A stretch of DNA of 63,811 nucleotides, the filler included, from Phoronis australis (Eukaryota; Animalia; Phoronida): the NCBI GenBank assembly GCA_002633005.1. It is 5 parts of 5 records of this genome, joined end to end, with 100 filler letters (N's around TTAATTAATTAA, not from the genome) between each part and the next. Parts side by side here need not be neighbours in the genome. Positions count along the whole stretch, not along the records: positions 11,319 to 34,096 come from NMRA01001386.1; 4 more parts are not named here. The stretch is one strand, 5' to 3'. The notes beneath the pieces are model-generated. The model saw nothing but the letters and a program-made list of their open reading frames with translations. It had not been told where the DNA came from and did no database searches. This document shows, in pieces, positions 12,982 through 25,045 of this stretch. The position numbers and the translations under genes are program-made. The stretch's first letter is position 1; the number at the start of each line of letters is the position of its first letter.

Positions 12982-13440
12982 TTAACATAGGCAATGCGAA
13001 GCATTTAAATGTGCCCACAAGTGCTCAATACAGAGTATGCTTCAGGGGGTGTTTATTAGGTTCGTGTATACAATTAGACTACTTTAGCCACTATTCATCA
13101 ACATATTTTGATAAAAAGTGACAGGTACAGAATTACTGGCAATAGGGGTACTAGCTAAGAACAATCAAATAGGCTTGAAAAGCATCAGGTGCCAGCACAT
13201 TTTTGCCACATGCCTCTCCATCAGGTACTACAATAATCGAATATCCCCGAAAAGCAATAGGTGCCAACACATTTTGCCACATATCTCTTCATCAAGTTTT
13301 GGCAAAATTGGTTACGTGGTTTTTTCAAAAACTGACGAACAAAGAATTAGTTGTCGAAAACTAAAATGGCCAACACGGAATGTCATGGTAATCAAATCCA
13401 TCAGAAAACTGACTGGTTCCGGAACATCCCCGGATCACCA
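12982..13440. mobile_element. Fragment of a HINE/pearl-like element in an ACOT intron
   Basis: Terminal motif GCAATGCGAAGCATTTAAATGTGCCCAC resembles GCAATGCAGGGCATTGAAATGTGCCCAC at ~62204. Short internal direct repeat. Confidence 0.45.
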
Positions 13441-14242
13441 TAAAACACCGAACGTAATTTAACCAAACCTGCCAAGCAATTTTGAGAAAATCAACGGATA
13501 AGCAACGGTAAAAATATATGGACAATGGGCAGAACACTGACAAGATGCAACCATATTTTTGTAGGTACATCAAAAGAATTGTGCATGCTAACAGTCAAAG
13601 TTTGGCCACAGTAACTTTGTTGCTTTAAAACGAGTAATTCATGAGATCAACATGAACTAAAATGCAAAAGAAAACAAACAAAATTGCAGTTGAAAGAAAA
13701 TCTTACACACCTTTTATACTTGCAATCAACTTGTTCCTTAGTTAAATAAGATATGATTTTAGGACCTGGAAATATTGCATACTGATTGTACAGTATTGCT
13801 TGCAGGCATCCAAACTGGTCTCAATCAATAACGAAGTGTTAACCTTTTCCAAGTCCAGTAACAATACCTCATCTAAGTAATGAAAAAAGTCAGGATCTGA
13901 CAGCGGTGCGTTCTTTGCAAAAAGCAAGATCCCTCAAAATCACACAGGTGAGACGAGTTTTCAAGATTACGCTAAGGTATTCACTAGCATACCTTAGCAA
14001 ATGATTGGTCGGTGAGGTTGGGATGTTGAATTATGGGATAAAATTCACCGTATTCATTCCATTACAGGCCATTTCTCGCCGCATATGCAGCACTACTTTC
14101 TTGAGCCTACAAAATGCACTCGCATCTCAATCAAATCAAAGTAAAATTCCATGAACTTTGACAGTACCCGAGTTTATAGCCGCGTTTTAAAGTTCCCGTC
14201 GTCTGGGCAATAACTTCCATGTTTATAATAGTAGACACATAC

Positions 14243-14405
14243 CCGTGTACGTTCCTCCTTCGCTGGGCGCCTCTGAAACATCGAGTTCACCGGAGGAGTT
14301 GGCGATAAAGTAACCAAAAGAGCTGTATCGTTTCTCACCCTCAACCATAGTAGCGTGTAATGTGAATTTCTGCTTGGGTGACAGTTTGGACACTTTGATT
14401 TTTAC
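14243..14405 (-). CDS. ACOT/BAAT-family acyl-CoA thioesterase, N-terminal-domain exon
   Basis: CATAG| acceptor and G|GTATGT donor. VKIKVSKLSPKQKFTLHATMVEGEKRYSSFGYFIANSSGELDVSEAPSEGGTYTG splices in frame to the 12868 exon. Confidence 0.9.
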
Positions 14406-14621
14406 CTATGTGGCATGAATTATATAATATTGAAGACATCAACTTCTCAATTTGCACTTGGTTTTCAACCATGCAGTCTAATGATACACATAGGCGGACA
14501 TTAGATTCATACTCCATTACTTAGATTACGTGTGAGCTTGATTGATGTAAAATGTCACCTAAGTATCAACAGTCAACCAATAAAAGTATTTTCTAAACTT
14601 TGGAGTCAGGAATTTATTCAC

Positions 14622-14642
14622 CTCATTCCCACGCTGTGTCAT
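14622..14642 (-). CDS. Candidate ACOT/BAAT start exon (MTQRGNE)
   Basis: ATG with upstream in-frame stop and phase-0 donor GAG|GTGAAT, matching the phase-0 acceptor at 14405. No homology support. Confidence 0.35.
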
Positions 14643-15303
14643 TCTCGTAACTAACGTGACAATGCATATTTGGTAAAATGTCCTTTATTTTCCTGCAATA
14701 ACCAAAAACTGTGTGTGGGATTTTCCATAACATGAGCCAATAATAGTGTGAAAGCCAAACTTTAGGGCTCGGCAATTTTCTAAGAATTATATGAATCTTG
14801 ACCTTTTGAACAATGAAAGCTCCAATGAAATTTGAGACGATGGGAGATTGTTCTGTACGAAACTTCAAACACGGTCAAAATCAATGTAATCTTTCTCCAA
14901 ACATCACATTCCAAAGTTTGAAGTCATAAAGCAATTGCTGAAGAATACAACTTTGTGTCAACACTCGGACACTAAACGTTTTCTCACAAGTTTAAGTTTG
15001 AAATTATGCTAGACGATCATGACAGCTACCGCAATAATCAAGTTTTCTTCTCTTTCATTTAATTTTTGAAAAACAGCGCAAAATTTATCAAAGTGATACA
15101 AAGTCATTGCCTCATTTTGCACTAAAATTTAAAGTGCATTGTCAAAAGCCCCTGTAGGTGGAGTTAACACTTGCGGTTGACACATGGTCCACCACATAAC
15201 TTTTGATCGGAGTACTCACAATTATGAAATTGCCATCAAATTGTTCCTTAATGAAACTAGATTTGATTTCTGAGCTTAGAAGGAATTGACACTGTTATTT
15301 GAA

Positions 15304-15460
15304 GACCAAGCTCTGAAAGATGGCCAGTCACAGCATGTGACTTTTAAATGCACCATGTCATGGTCTCAAAAAATAATGATTTACCAATCTCTGAAAGATG
15401 GCCAGTCACAGCATGTGATTTTTAAATGCGCCATGTCATGGTCTCAAACAATAAAGATTG
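15304..15460. repeat. Tandem duplication, 2 x ~79 bp
   Basis: CTCTGAAAGATGGCCAGTCACAGCATGTGA...CATGTCATGGTCTCAAA present twice. Confidence 0.9.
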
Positions 15461-16932
15461 ATTATATTTTTGCAAGCTCACTAGAAATCTCCCTGCAGTG
15501 TCATTTGAGTAAGAAACAAGTTGAGTCTAACTCAACAGCATGGTCCAACTTTTTGTGCATGGTAAAGTCTTTGTGATGTGTCTCTTCCTCATGCTAACTT
15601 TTTTCTAGTATCCTGCTTCCATGGAGGCTGAGAGTTAGGCAACTCGTAGGCTCTCAGCTGCAGGTGAGGCAGAGGATACAACACTCCTCAACTTTTTGGT
15701 CACCACTAACTTTTTCACCACGTCGCACTGACGTCACGTGACTCAGGCCACAATAAGAGACTGATCAGGTGCACATTGAAGACCTGGTAGAGTGACCACA
15801 ATCTTTACTGGTCAGAATTGAGTCACGGTGGTCCCTGTATAGACACCTGAAGGCTGGCATTTGCTTCAGTGAACCACGTTCACAATGTTTGGCTAAATCA
15901 TAGGCGGATTTAGGGGAGGTCAAGGGGGTCATGACCCCCTTTTTCCCGGCTTGATTTTAATGATATCACATCTAGAATTTTTCAAATTGTTGACTTGGAC
16001 TTCCTTTTTAAAAAAATCCTTGATCTGACCCCAACTTTTTAAAATCCTGGATCAGCCCCAGTAAACAGTCTCCGGAGTCATGATAATGATAGCTGATTAC
16101 AACTCTCTCCGCATCAATTCATTCTTCAGTCGATGAGATCTGCTGTATTTTGAAATGAGAAACTTCTTATGAGGGTACATCATCGCCTAGGCAATTACAT
16201 CGCCCTCACTGGATGCTGCATGCATACAGGGACCCCTTACCCGGCCTTACCAGCCAACCGAGGGGCTACGTGTTGCCTAGTCATCGCCTAGTGTAGACAG
16301 CTTCTAGCTGGATGCTAGACAGCACTACCGGCGTGGACGTTGGTCGGGGATTTGCAGATAACTCACCGGTTTATCAATAAGATCAACTTCAGGATGAACT
16401 ACAAGCTGTACATATCTGACACGCTGACCAAATGGTTTCTGGGAACAAACGCATCGACTTAGTAATCGCCAGCAGTATCCTCGCATCCTCAACATGTTCA
16501 CGGTTCGGCAGCGATTGCACTGGCACCAAGAACTCTAGACCTACTACACGCCTTGCTCGCAGTACTTCTACGTGTTGACTTGACTCGGGTCCTGTCACTT
16601 GACTTGTCTAGCCCTATGCTATGCTTATCCTTATGGCTAGGCCTCGTTTTTGCAGACAATGTGATTGTCTTGCAGAGTAGCCAAAGTATAGACTATGGTC
16701 AAAACACATAATATACCACGACAGCTGAAATCTCAAGCCACTTAACACTGGTCAAGTGGTCCGAGCATAGACATCTTAAAGGAGAATGCCACCCGATTTA
16801 ATTAGTCTTTTTTACCGTTTTAAACGGTCTATATCCTATACGGTCGACCTCCCTTTGCCGATAGGTGTCGCGTTAACCTGTGAGGAAGGTGAGAAACCGC
16901 GCAGCGACGTCAGTGGTTCGTCTGCAGAGTTA

Positions 16933-18105
16933 ATGCCGCTATATATCGCGGTGCATTGTTCCCGCTTGTCCGAAAAGTTACGACAGATCTGCCAAGGGGG
17001 TATAAAAACTTTGCTGGAGCTTGGTGGAAATTTTGCTTGAGATTGGACAAATTTGCTCAAGTTTTGCTTGATGTTCCTGGCGGTATCTTCACTAACTATC
17101 AAACTTTATATATCCTAAAATAACAGACTTATATAAAAACATTTTATTTCATGAAAACTATTACATGAATGCCAATTCAATTCAGTAGGTCTTCGACTAG
17201 TCATTAGGTCTATACTGACAAGACGTCCGTCACTCAATTTTTGCCAGTAAGCTTTATTGTAATTCCGGCAAGTACTTTTCGATTGTTTAGCATCGATTTG
17301 CTTGGTCGGAACTCATGGCAACTGAGGTATTTCAAAGAACTGATTTACTTTACATAAGCGTAGAAAACTAGGTTTTTGAAATGTTTACGACCAAAAAATT
17401 CAGTTAGCGTGAGATAGCTTAAGGCTCGCGTGAGTGCGTAAGGCAGTGGGCAAATATGTGAGACGGCAGGAGTTTGAGTTGGGGGAGGAGCAGGGCACGG
17501 GAATAACCAGAATTTCGACAGATGCGGGCGCCCAGCCTAAAATGTGAGGACGCAAAGGCCTCGAATGTTTGGGTTTGCGGACCTGTTGACTAAAGAAAAA
17601 AACCGTAAAACGTGGATTGTTCAGTTTGTTCAGGGCCTATGCGTTTATTCACCACCGACGGACGAGCCGCTACTTGCGCGCACCCGAACTCCCAAATGGT
17701 ACAAATGGTATCTGGTAGAATTTTAGGGGAGGCCATGGCTCCCTTGGACCCCCCCCCCCNNNNNNNNNNNNNNNNNNNNNNNNNNNNNNNNNNNNNNNNN
17801 NNNNNNNNNNNNNNNNNNNNNNNNNNNNNNNNNNNNNNNNNNNNNNNNNNNNNNNCCACTGGATTCACGCGAGATGCGTGAGACTCGGCCGGTCTGCTAC
17901 GAAGAAAGCGGGTATATCATTTTTTCGACTTCCTCGAGAGCCCGAAATGCTTAGGAAGTGGCTCGCGGTAGTGAAAAATGAATGTATGCGCAGTAGCCTA
18001 TGAGGTCGCCAAACATTTCCGTCGGTCTGTCTCGGGCCGGCATTTCGTCGACAGTGATTTCTCTGAAGAATTCCGGCTTACAAAGAACTATACCTACGTT
18101 CCGTT
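16933..18105 (+). pseudogene. Degenerate THAP zinc-finger coding relic, interrupted
   Basis: MPLYIAVHCS (16933; THAP MPxCxAxxC with TGT>TAT). After the insertion come KKAGISFFRLPREPEMLRKWLAVV (~17900) and, frameshifted, VSGRHFVDSDF...RLTKNYTYVP. Confidence 0.7.
16984..17896. mobile_element. Nested TIR element inside the THAP relic
   Basis: Imperfect TIR CAGATCTGCCAAG / CTCGGCCGGTCTG, flanks TTACGA / CTACGA. Contains a 96-N gap. Confidence 0.55.
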
Positions 18106-18768
18106 GTCTGTGCATGTTCACGGCGCCTCTCTAGTACAGTTGTATTTCTTGATCAGTGTATTCTGGTTCGAACTAATAGCGCTGTGAAACCTAACGATCC
18201 GACCCGTGAAGTCTTCGTCGGATGAGCTCTTGGCTTGACTAAGTCGGGATAGAGGCGCCGAGCTAGTTGCCAGGTATTCTGAGTTCTGTTTCAAAATTAA
18301 TTATTCTCATCTTAACCACTGATGCTTATATAAAAGTGAAACAAAGCCTGTCTCATTAGATACAATTTGTAATGCCTTTGCAGTATTCGTGAGCGCAAAT
18401 GTTGAGAAGCCAGCAAGAAGTAAACCACTGCGTTACCGGCTTTTGATGCCGGCAATGAATAAAGGTAATTGACCGGGCACGGAAGCCGTGTGAGCGCATG
18501 CTAATTCAGTGTTTGCTGACAAAAAGCTGTTGTGAAACAATTACTCGATATTATATGCTATGGTCACATATGTTAGGGGAATCTTTATTTAGAAATACAA
18601 ATATATTATTCAAATCATTGTTAATGTACAACCTTTGCCCTGACGGTCAGTGGAAGGCAAGGGACTGAACCCGACTTCGCGGCCCCTGACAATTAAGTAG
18701 ATTTTTCAGTTTCGTGACTACTTCGCGTAAATAATTACGTACACATTATTTCTTTGGCTCACTATTAT

Positions 18769-18932
18769 CAGTGTTGTATAGTGGCGCTTAGGCGCACGTG
18801 TAGGCGCAGCTATTTGGCATTTGAACGTGCATGTAGCGCCTAGGCACTGACCGGTAAGTTACGTTCAGTGCTCAAGGTGATACGGTGGGCTTTCGGCGCC
18901 TACTTACCTCTATTTTTACCACTACAGCACTG
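18769..18932. mobile_element. Small hAT-like MITE nested in the Kolobok element
   Basis: CAGTGTTGTATAGTGG / CCACTACAGCACTG inverted ends. Imperfect flanking repeat ACTATTAT / ATATTATA. Confidence 0.6.
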
Positions 18933-21900
18933 ATATTATAGTCTTTTCGTGACTGGAGGTTTAGTTTCCATCTCAAGCTGATTTATGTTCGTGCCAGTCC
19001 TCCCGGCGGCCGAGACGGGCCTGATCGGGTTCCAAGCCACTCAGGCTGGCCAGGATAACGAGTCAGTCTGGCGCGCCGCGACGGGACTGATCGGGTTCCG
19101 AGCCACTGGCCGGGATAACAATGAAGCGTTTTGTGTGTTTAGAACTCAAAAAATCACAAGTCTAAACAACACAGATCTAGATTCTCTTGTCTGTATTTCA
19201 CAGAAGAATGCATCGAATTTATCTCCGAACAGACCCCAAACTCCTGCTATGGACCTTGGTAAATTAGCCTGCCGAACTTTTTAGGCTACGGTGTGTCCGA
19301 CCAATAAATCCGTAAGAATGAAATAAACTGACAGCACGTTTTTTATAAGAACTCTGTGTATTTTTAAGGGTTTTACATTGAAGTTTGGTGATTTATTGGT
19401 GTTAAACGATGAATTCAAGCGAGCTGACACCAGTAACCCGTGTTGTGAACTGCTGAACAGACTGCGTGTGAAACCAATGACGTCATTGGATAATTTCAAC
19501 ACTGACCTCCATCTGCCGTCAGATAACGCAACCGAACGTGCCGTTATCGATCGAGTAGAACTACTCGATCTAAACTGATACAAAATAGGTTGTTTTTGGG
19601 TGGCATTCTCCTTTAATACTATGTGATGTCTATGGGCCTGAGCCAATTATGGAGATAAATACAACAATAGCTCATTGGTCTAAGCCTATCCTGTGACACA
19701 GCGCCACCTATACTGGTCCGACCTAATTCACAAGACTTCACACAGGCTTGAAAAGTCAGCAGACGCTGACGAATGCCATTTCATCTAAAGTAAGTTCAGT
19801 AACGACTCCAATTTCCTGCACATTGGTTATTTTAGATGTTGTCAACGTCTTTACGCATTTACTTCAAAGTTATTTTAAGCGGCTAAACAAAGCGAAACTG
19901 AGGACACTTAATTAGCACTAAAATTCATATTTTTTGTTCCCTAGAACTAACTCAGAAATGATTTGCAAGTTTGCAAAGAACTGGCAACGGTTCGTTATTT
20001 TTGCGACCACTGATGCTCGGGAGCAAACGAAACGCCATGACTGTCATGTATCAGATTACACCAAGAGCTTTAGTGTTTGTTTATCACAAGACAGCCATGT
20101 AGCATATGAACCCATGACCTTAGGTTGACCAAGACACTCACTGCTTGAATGTCGTTGAATGTGCTTTGATGCAGTTCTTATATCTAATACATTATATATG
20201 AATGAATTCGTGTGGTTACCCACAATATTACAATAACAAGCCAGTGAGCAGCAAACTTGAGCTGGCCAGTTTATTCGCCATCAGAAAATCACATCTTATT
20301 CTAATTAGAGACCAATTTCACAGCCAAGCGGTAAGTGGTGTAAATCACAAGGTGTTAATTTGTGACGGAATACGAGTTTATAGTTGCCTAAGTAAATATT
20401 TGGCTAAACTAGCCAAATTTCATTGACAACAGCATGTTTCATCACATTTTCCTTTGACTGAAGCCTGGTCGTTGCAACTCGACCGAGATGCACTGTAAAC
20501 ATGTCATGTCATGTAATGTGTAACCCCCCTCCCCAGAGCACACTGAAAGCTGTTTATTTTAGCTGTTTATTTTAGTCCAAAGTGCGTGTATCCCTTCACA
20601 AGGGCATATAGAGGTAGACAGCCATTGACAAAATAAATTGGTTTGTGAGTTTGTCGTTCCCTCAACGGGATTTTAACATTCTTTTCTGTAATAGTTTCTT
20701 GAGCAATAATCAAAAGATTAAACCTTTGAAATATCAAAAATGATTTTGTGGTCATCGAAAAAGTGTTCTAAATTACAGAAAGTCAAGGTACGTTCGAAAC
20801 AGTTGTATACATGACGAATAAATATTTTAATAATTCGTTTCCGACCGTTTTATTTTTCCTTGGCATTTTCAAAACAGACGTGGCGGGAATTTTCTTAACT
20901 TTAACGCTCTTTAAACAATTACTCAAATAATATGCAAGTGAAAAATCCTGGCACACACGACTGTTTTCTCAGCTTAATGACTGAATAACACAAACATTCG
21001 CTGAAATTGTTGCAAAAACTAATTCAAACCCTGCAATAAGTACACTGAAAACCCGGCGAACGGAGATAAACACGACTGGAGTCGAATGATCAGGCGGCAG
21101 CGATGTTCGCCTCAGTTACGCGACTTTTCCATTAAATCGACCTTTTTCTGCCGTAACTCCAATGAGGTCGTTGCTGAAGAAACCGTGTGTTTTGCGATAA
21201 CATGTAGGTTACATGATGAGGCTATTATTTATAGAATTTTAGTTAATACAGCCGAATATATATACATCACGGCCCCCGGTCACAGATTTCTAATTATAGG
21301 CAATAGGATCGAGAAGGAAAATATAAGCTCTGGCTTGCGTGGAAGACAACACGGGACATGTTGATTTAGAAATTTATCCGGGGAATTTGTAGCATAGTTT
21401 TGAAACCCGGCAAGAACGTCAGGAATTGAAAAGTTGTTGCATGAAATGTCGACGAATATTTGCCGAGTGACATACTAATTTGAAAGAATCCAGCGCGTAG
21501 TTGTGATTTCGCGCCTTACATGCAGTCCTGCTACGAGTTAGACATCATGGAAACTTGCCCGTGACCCTCTTCATTTTGCAGGTTCATAGACGCTATTTCT
21601 TGTTTTCATTTTTGTTGGAGTCTTTTGATTCAAGTGAACGACAAGCCTATTCCAAATCAGAGTTTGTGCACACGTAAACTGGCAGACAGCACCAGCAGAA
21701 CATTGAAGGCCCTGCATAACTTTTTCATCTCTAAAAGTTAGCGAGGTTCGGGACTTCGTGCTTACCTGTTATGTGCATACCGATATAGTAATGACGATGC
21801 AGAATGCTTTGGGAAAACGCTTAAAAGAACATTAAAAAATATTACAAATCACCATTTTAATCAAAAAGAAAAACAAATACACTCAGTGAAGAAAACTAAA

Positions 21901-22126
21901 AAAAACGTCAAAGTTGTGAAAACTAAGCGAGAGAATACCAGAAAATATGTTTTACGACTTTGCCAAACTTTTGAAAGTCTTACTTCAGAAAACAAAGTGA
22001 TGAGTGAGCGCTACTATCGGCTGCCGGTTTTGAAGGCGTGAACTGGAGGAAAAATCTGTTTAGCATCGAAGATGGGTGAAAGGTAATCGTGATTTGCTTA
22101 AACGTTATGTTTGACATGCTTTGCAG

Positions 22127-22701
22127 TCATGTGCAGATCTGTGGCTGGGGCACGCACATGCGTTTTTCTGAACGTGCGCCTTCGCATCTTATTTTTGTAA
22201 TAGTCATCACGTTATGCAAACACCTTCTTGTCCGAATCTGCACAGCTGAACATTGATTGATTGGACACATTGTCCACGGCGACCAACTCGACCAACCGTA
22301 TCTTTTGATAACCAGCCCTTCCACTATTTTCGTCTGCCCACCCCCGGAAAGACGGTTAACTTGCACTTTGACAGGCATGCCTGTTTTCAAGGCTTCATCC
22401 GGGACCTTGTCAGCTATCTCGATATCCAAGCTCTGTTTTCCGCCGCTACTGTCGGAAACTCTGATTCGGGCTGTCACAGGTTCAGGCTGCGGCTTTGCCT
22501 GCACAAGTTCTTTTCTTTCCAACAAAACGGCCAAATTGTCCGCTCCGGCTATGACACAAACTTTGACGATGTTGTCACACGCCTGCAGCTCATACGTGTT
22601 CGCCCTCAAATTCAGTGGCGTGGTGTCGTCCCATACCAACGTTCTAACCCGAAGACCACGCCCACATGTCACGGAACACGTGGTCCACAATGACCACGTG
22701 C
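22127..22701 (-). CDS. Terminal exon of a thrombospondin type-1 (TSP1) repeat protein
   Basis: TTTCAG| acceptor, open frame to TGA. WSLWTTCSVTCGRGLRVR and WSSWSPWTMC...C...QIRTRRC...CEG..SEKRMC motifs. Confidence 0.85.
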
Positions 22702-23448
22702 CTGAAACATGTCAAATTTCGCCCATTAGTATTTACTCTCGAGCTGAGGCTAAAAAAGCATACTTGGTACCCCGTCACGGGAGACCTGCGACCCAAAAAG
22801 ATCAGAAACAATTGTCAATCAAATGCTAATGGTCTGGCTGAAACTATGATCAGTAAGACAGAACGTTCACCAATGAAAAACTCGCAAGAATCTGATCGAT
22901 CGTCGATCAGGATTGGCAGTGACAATTCCAGTGGCGGACTTAGAGTGGGCCAGATTACATTTAGCAGTTCGGGGTGCGAATGCCTGACGGGCAAAGTCTT
23001 GGCTAATACTCTTTTGCCCTGGCCTTAACTCAAAATCCTGGACCGGCCCCTGAATTCAGTTTCCGCTTCCGGTTCTAGCTTGACCTTACTCAGCCATTTC
23101 ACAGGGCCTTGTAGGCCTACCTCATCCATTCTACATCCTGTACTCCAAGTGACAGTTGCTCAACTTGTGCAGCACGATCGCTCTAACTTCAGAGTAGACT
23201 TTGAGGTTACCTGCACATTTGCTTGATGAAGAACATCGCATACTGCATTTGTTTTGTACAACACATTCTGGGAAATAAAGGTCAAGTGTCATTCTTCTTT
23301 TATTAACCGTATTCATAAGACCGCCTACTTTTGTCACAGTTATTTATCTATTATAAAGGGGTGTGTTTTCGGAAACTACTCAATCTAAAAGGTCAAAACA
23401 ACTTAAAGCTAATTTATAGCCAATGCAGTTAAAAGCGTAAGTACGTAC

Positions 23449-23518
23449 CAGAAGCATCCCTTTTTACAATAAGATCAATGAAAACGAAAATTTCGATAAT
23501 CCAACTTATTCTTCTCAT
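23449..23518 (-). CDS. Candidate signal-peptide first exon of the TSP1 gene (MRRISWIIEIFVFIDLIVKRDAS)
   Basis: ATG at 23518 and donor G|GTACGT. The phase-1 splice to 22701 gives a clean 214-aa ORF. Hydrophobic core is imperfect. Confidence 0.5.
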
Positions 23519-23593
23519 GCTTCATGGTGATTTCAAAACGTGTGCAACACTGAAACACGTGTCTTCTGAGCACGTGGCAAAGCAGATATTGAG

Positions 23594-24704
23594 CACAGGC
23601 GCTTGGGTTTATCGCAAATGACGTCACTCAATAATATATATAAGAAAACATAAAGGTTGGACACTCATACTTTGCCAAGCCGAGGCTCCCAGCTTCAACC
23701 GTCCAAAATCCAAATAAAATCTGCGTGCACCTTCCTCAGTCTGATGTTGCATAAACCTTCGAAGCCTTGTCTTTCCTAGATCCCATTAACTGTCTTCGTG
23801 AGTGGTGAATTGGCGATGGAATTTCCAAAACAATCTCAAAACTCTGAATTCAAGGACATGAAATAGTAAACATGGCGGATTTCAGTTGTGCTTCAACTTG
23901 TACGTACGCCTGTCGTAGTTGAAACTTCGAGTTTGAGCAAGCAACCTATATTTCAAATTCAATAATTCTAATCCAAACTCAACTAAATGAGAATGTTAAA
24001 GTTAGTATTTTAATGATTATTTGTAACTTTATTCCACTGACGGCTCATTTTAGCCCTTAACTTAGAATTTTATTACATAAACTGGCGTATCTTGTTTCTC
24101 ATCTTGACATCACGCACTTTTTTGATTGAAGCACAACACACACTCGGCCAGGAAACGCAGTCCGTGCAAGTATTACAATGCGCGTGGCCGACGAGTTAAC
24201 TCAATGGTTTTGGCCAAAAGTAAAATCTTCATAAGAAATCACAGTACACAAAAAACTTCGCATATCAATACAGTATCAGGATAATTTATATTTGACACAA
24301 ATATGTGAGTAATTACATTTATTTGGCAATAAAGTGCTCCCTGCTTCTCATGATCAAGTAGTCGAGGGATTGACGATGAAAGCCGCGCGAAATTAGGCTT
24401 TCGGATTTAGCTCGGGAGCGTCCGTCAAAAACCCGGATTTGCGAAGACCGTCTGCCATGACATCACGGAATCACTTCCTTGAATTTGAGAATTTGGCATT
24501 CTTTTGGCATTTTTGTAGCCAAATCACCACTCGAAGGCAATTTGAAGAGATCGAATGAAAGAAAGTATTCTAAAAGTTGTCCGATGCTAGTTTCGTGGAG
24601 TTCCATGCACATTTGAGTAGAAAATTCTGAGCAAACAGATTTCGAGTGTCCAACCTTTATGTTTTCTTGAGTGACGTCATTTGCGATAAACTCAAGCGCC
24701 TGTG
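23594..24704. mobile_element. Non-autonomous TIR DNA transposon, 8-bp TSD
   Basis: ~60-bp TIR CACAGGCGCTTGRGTTTATCGCAAATGACGTCACTCAA...AGAAAACATAAAGGTTGGACACTC. ATATTGAG at 23586-23593 and 24705-24712. Confidence 0.92.
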
Positions 24705-25045
24705 ATATTGAGTGAAGTGAAACTGTTCATTATTTTTCTCTAGTTACTTTCGTGAATACCATAAACACAGTTAGCCTGTGACTGTTCAGGATATGTAGGT
24801 CATTATAGACAAGAGTGTGAATTTAGCCAGATATTTACAAAACTAAATACATCTCAGAAAAAGTGGATTTACATGATTTTCTGAATGTGGAAATTCCGTA
24901 GAATCTTATTTTTGACTTTATCCCATCTGCCATTAATTAGGTCATGTGACCATGTTTTTAGAAAAATTTTGCAAAATTTGTAAAACAACAGACTCGAATG
25001 CATGTTCGAGATGAAACCTAAAAATCTCGAATTCAATATCCCAAG

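Larger units (their letters stand above)
16780..19612 (+). mobile_element. Non-autonomous Kolobok-type DNA transposon with THAP relic and nested insertions
   Basis: Perfect 15-bp TIR AGGAGAATGCCACCC / GGGTGGCATTCTCCT. TTAA on both sides (16776-16779, 19613-19616). Purine-purine termini plus TTAA TSD fit Kolobok rather than piggyBac. Confidence 0.85.

Noticed and set aside
13971-13998. Hairpin GCTAAGGTAT...ATACCTTAGC
   Set aside because: Isolated 10-bp stem in an intron with no supporting context.
22253-23028. Plus-strand ORFs of 120-190 aa
   Set aside because: Antisense shadows of the TSP1 exon with no recognisable motifs.
23121-23210. Selenocysteine TGA in frame SCCTS*ATVTW
   Set aside because: That frame does not match the upstream exon phase, there is no selenoprotein similarity, and no SECIS was recognised.
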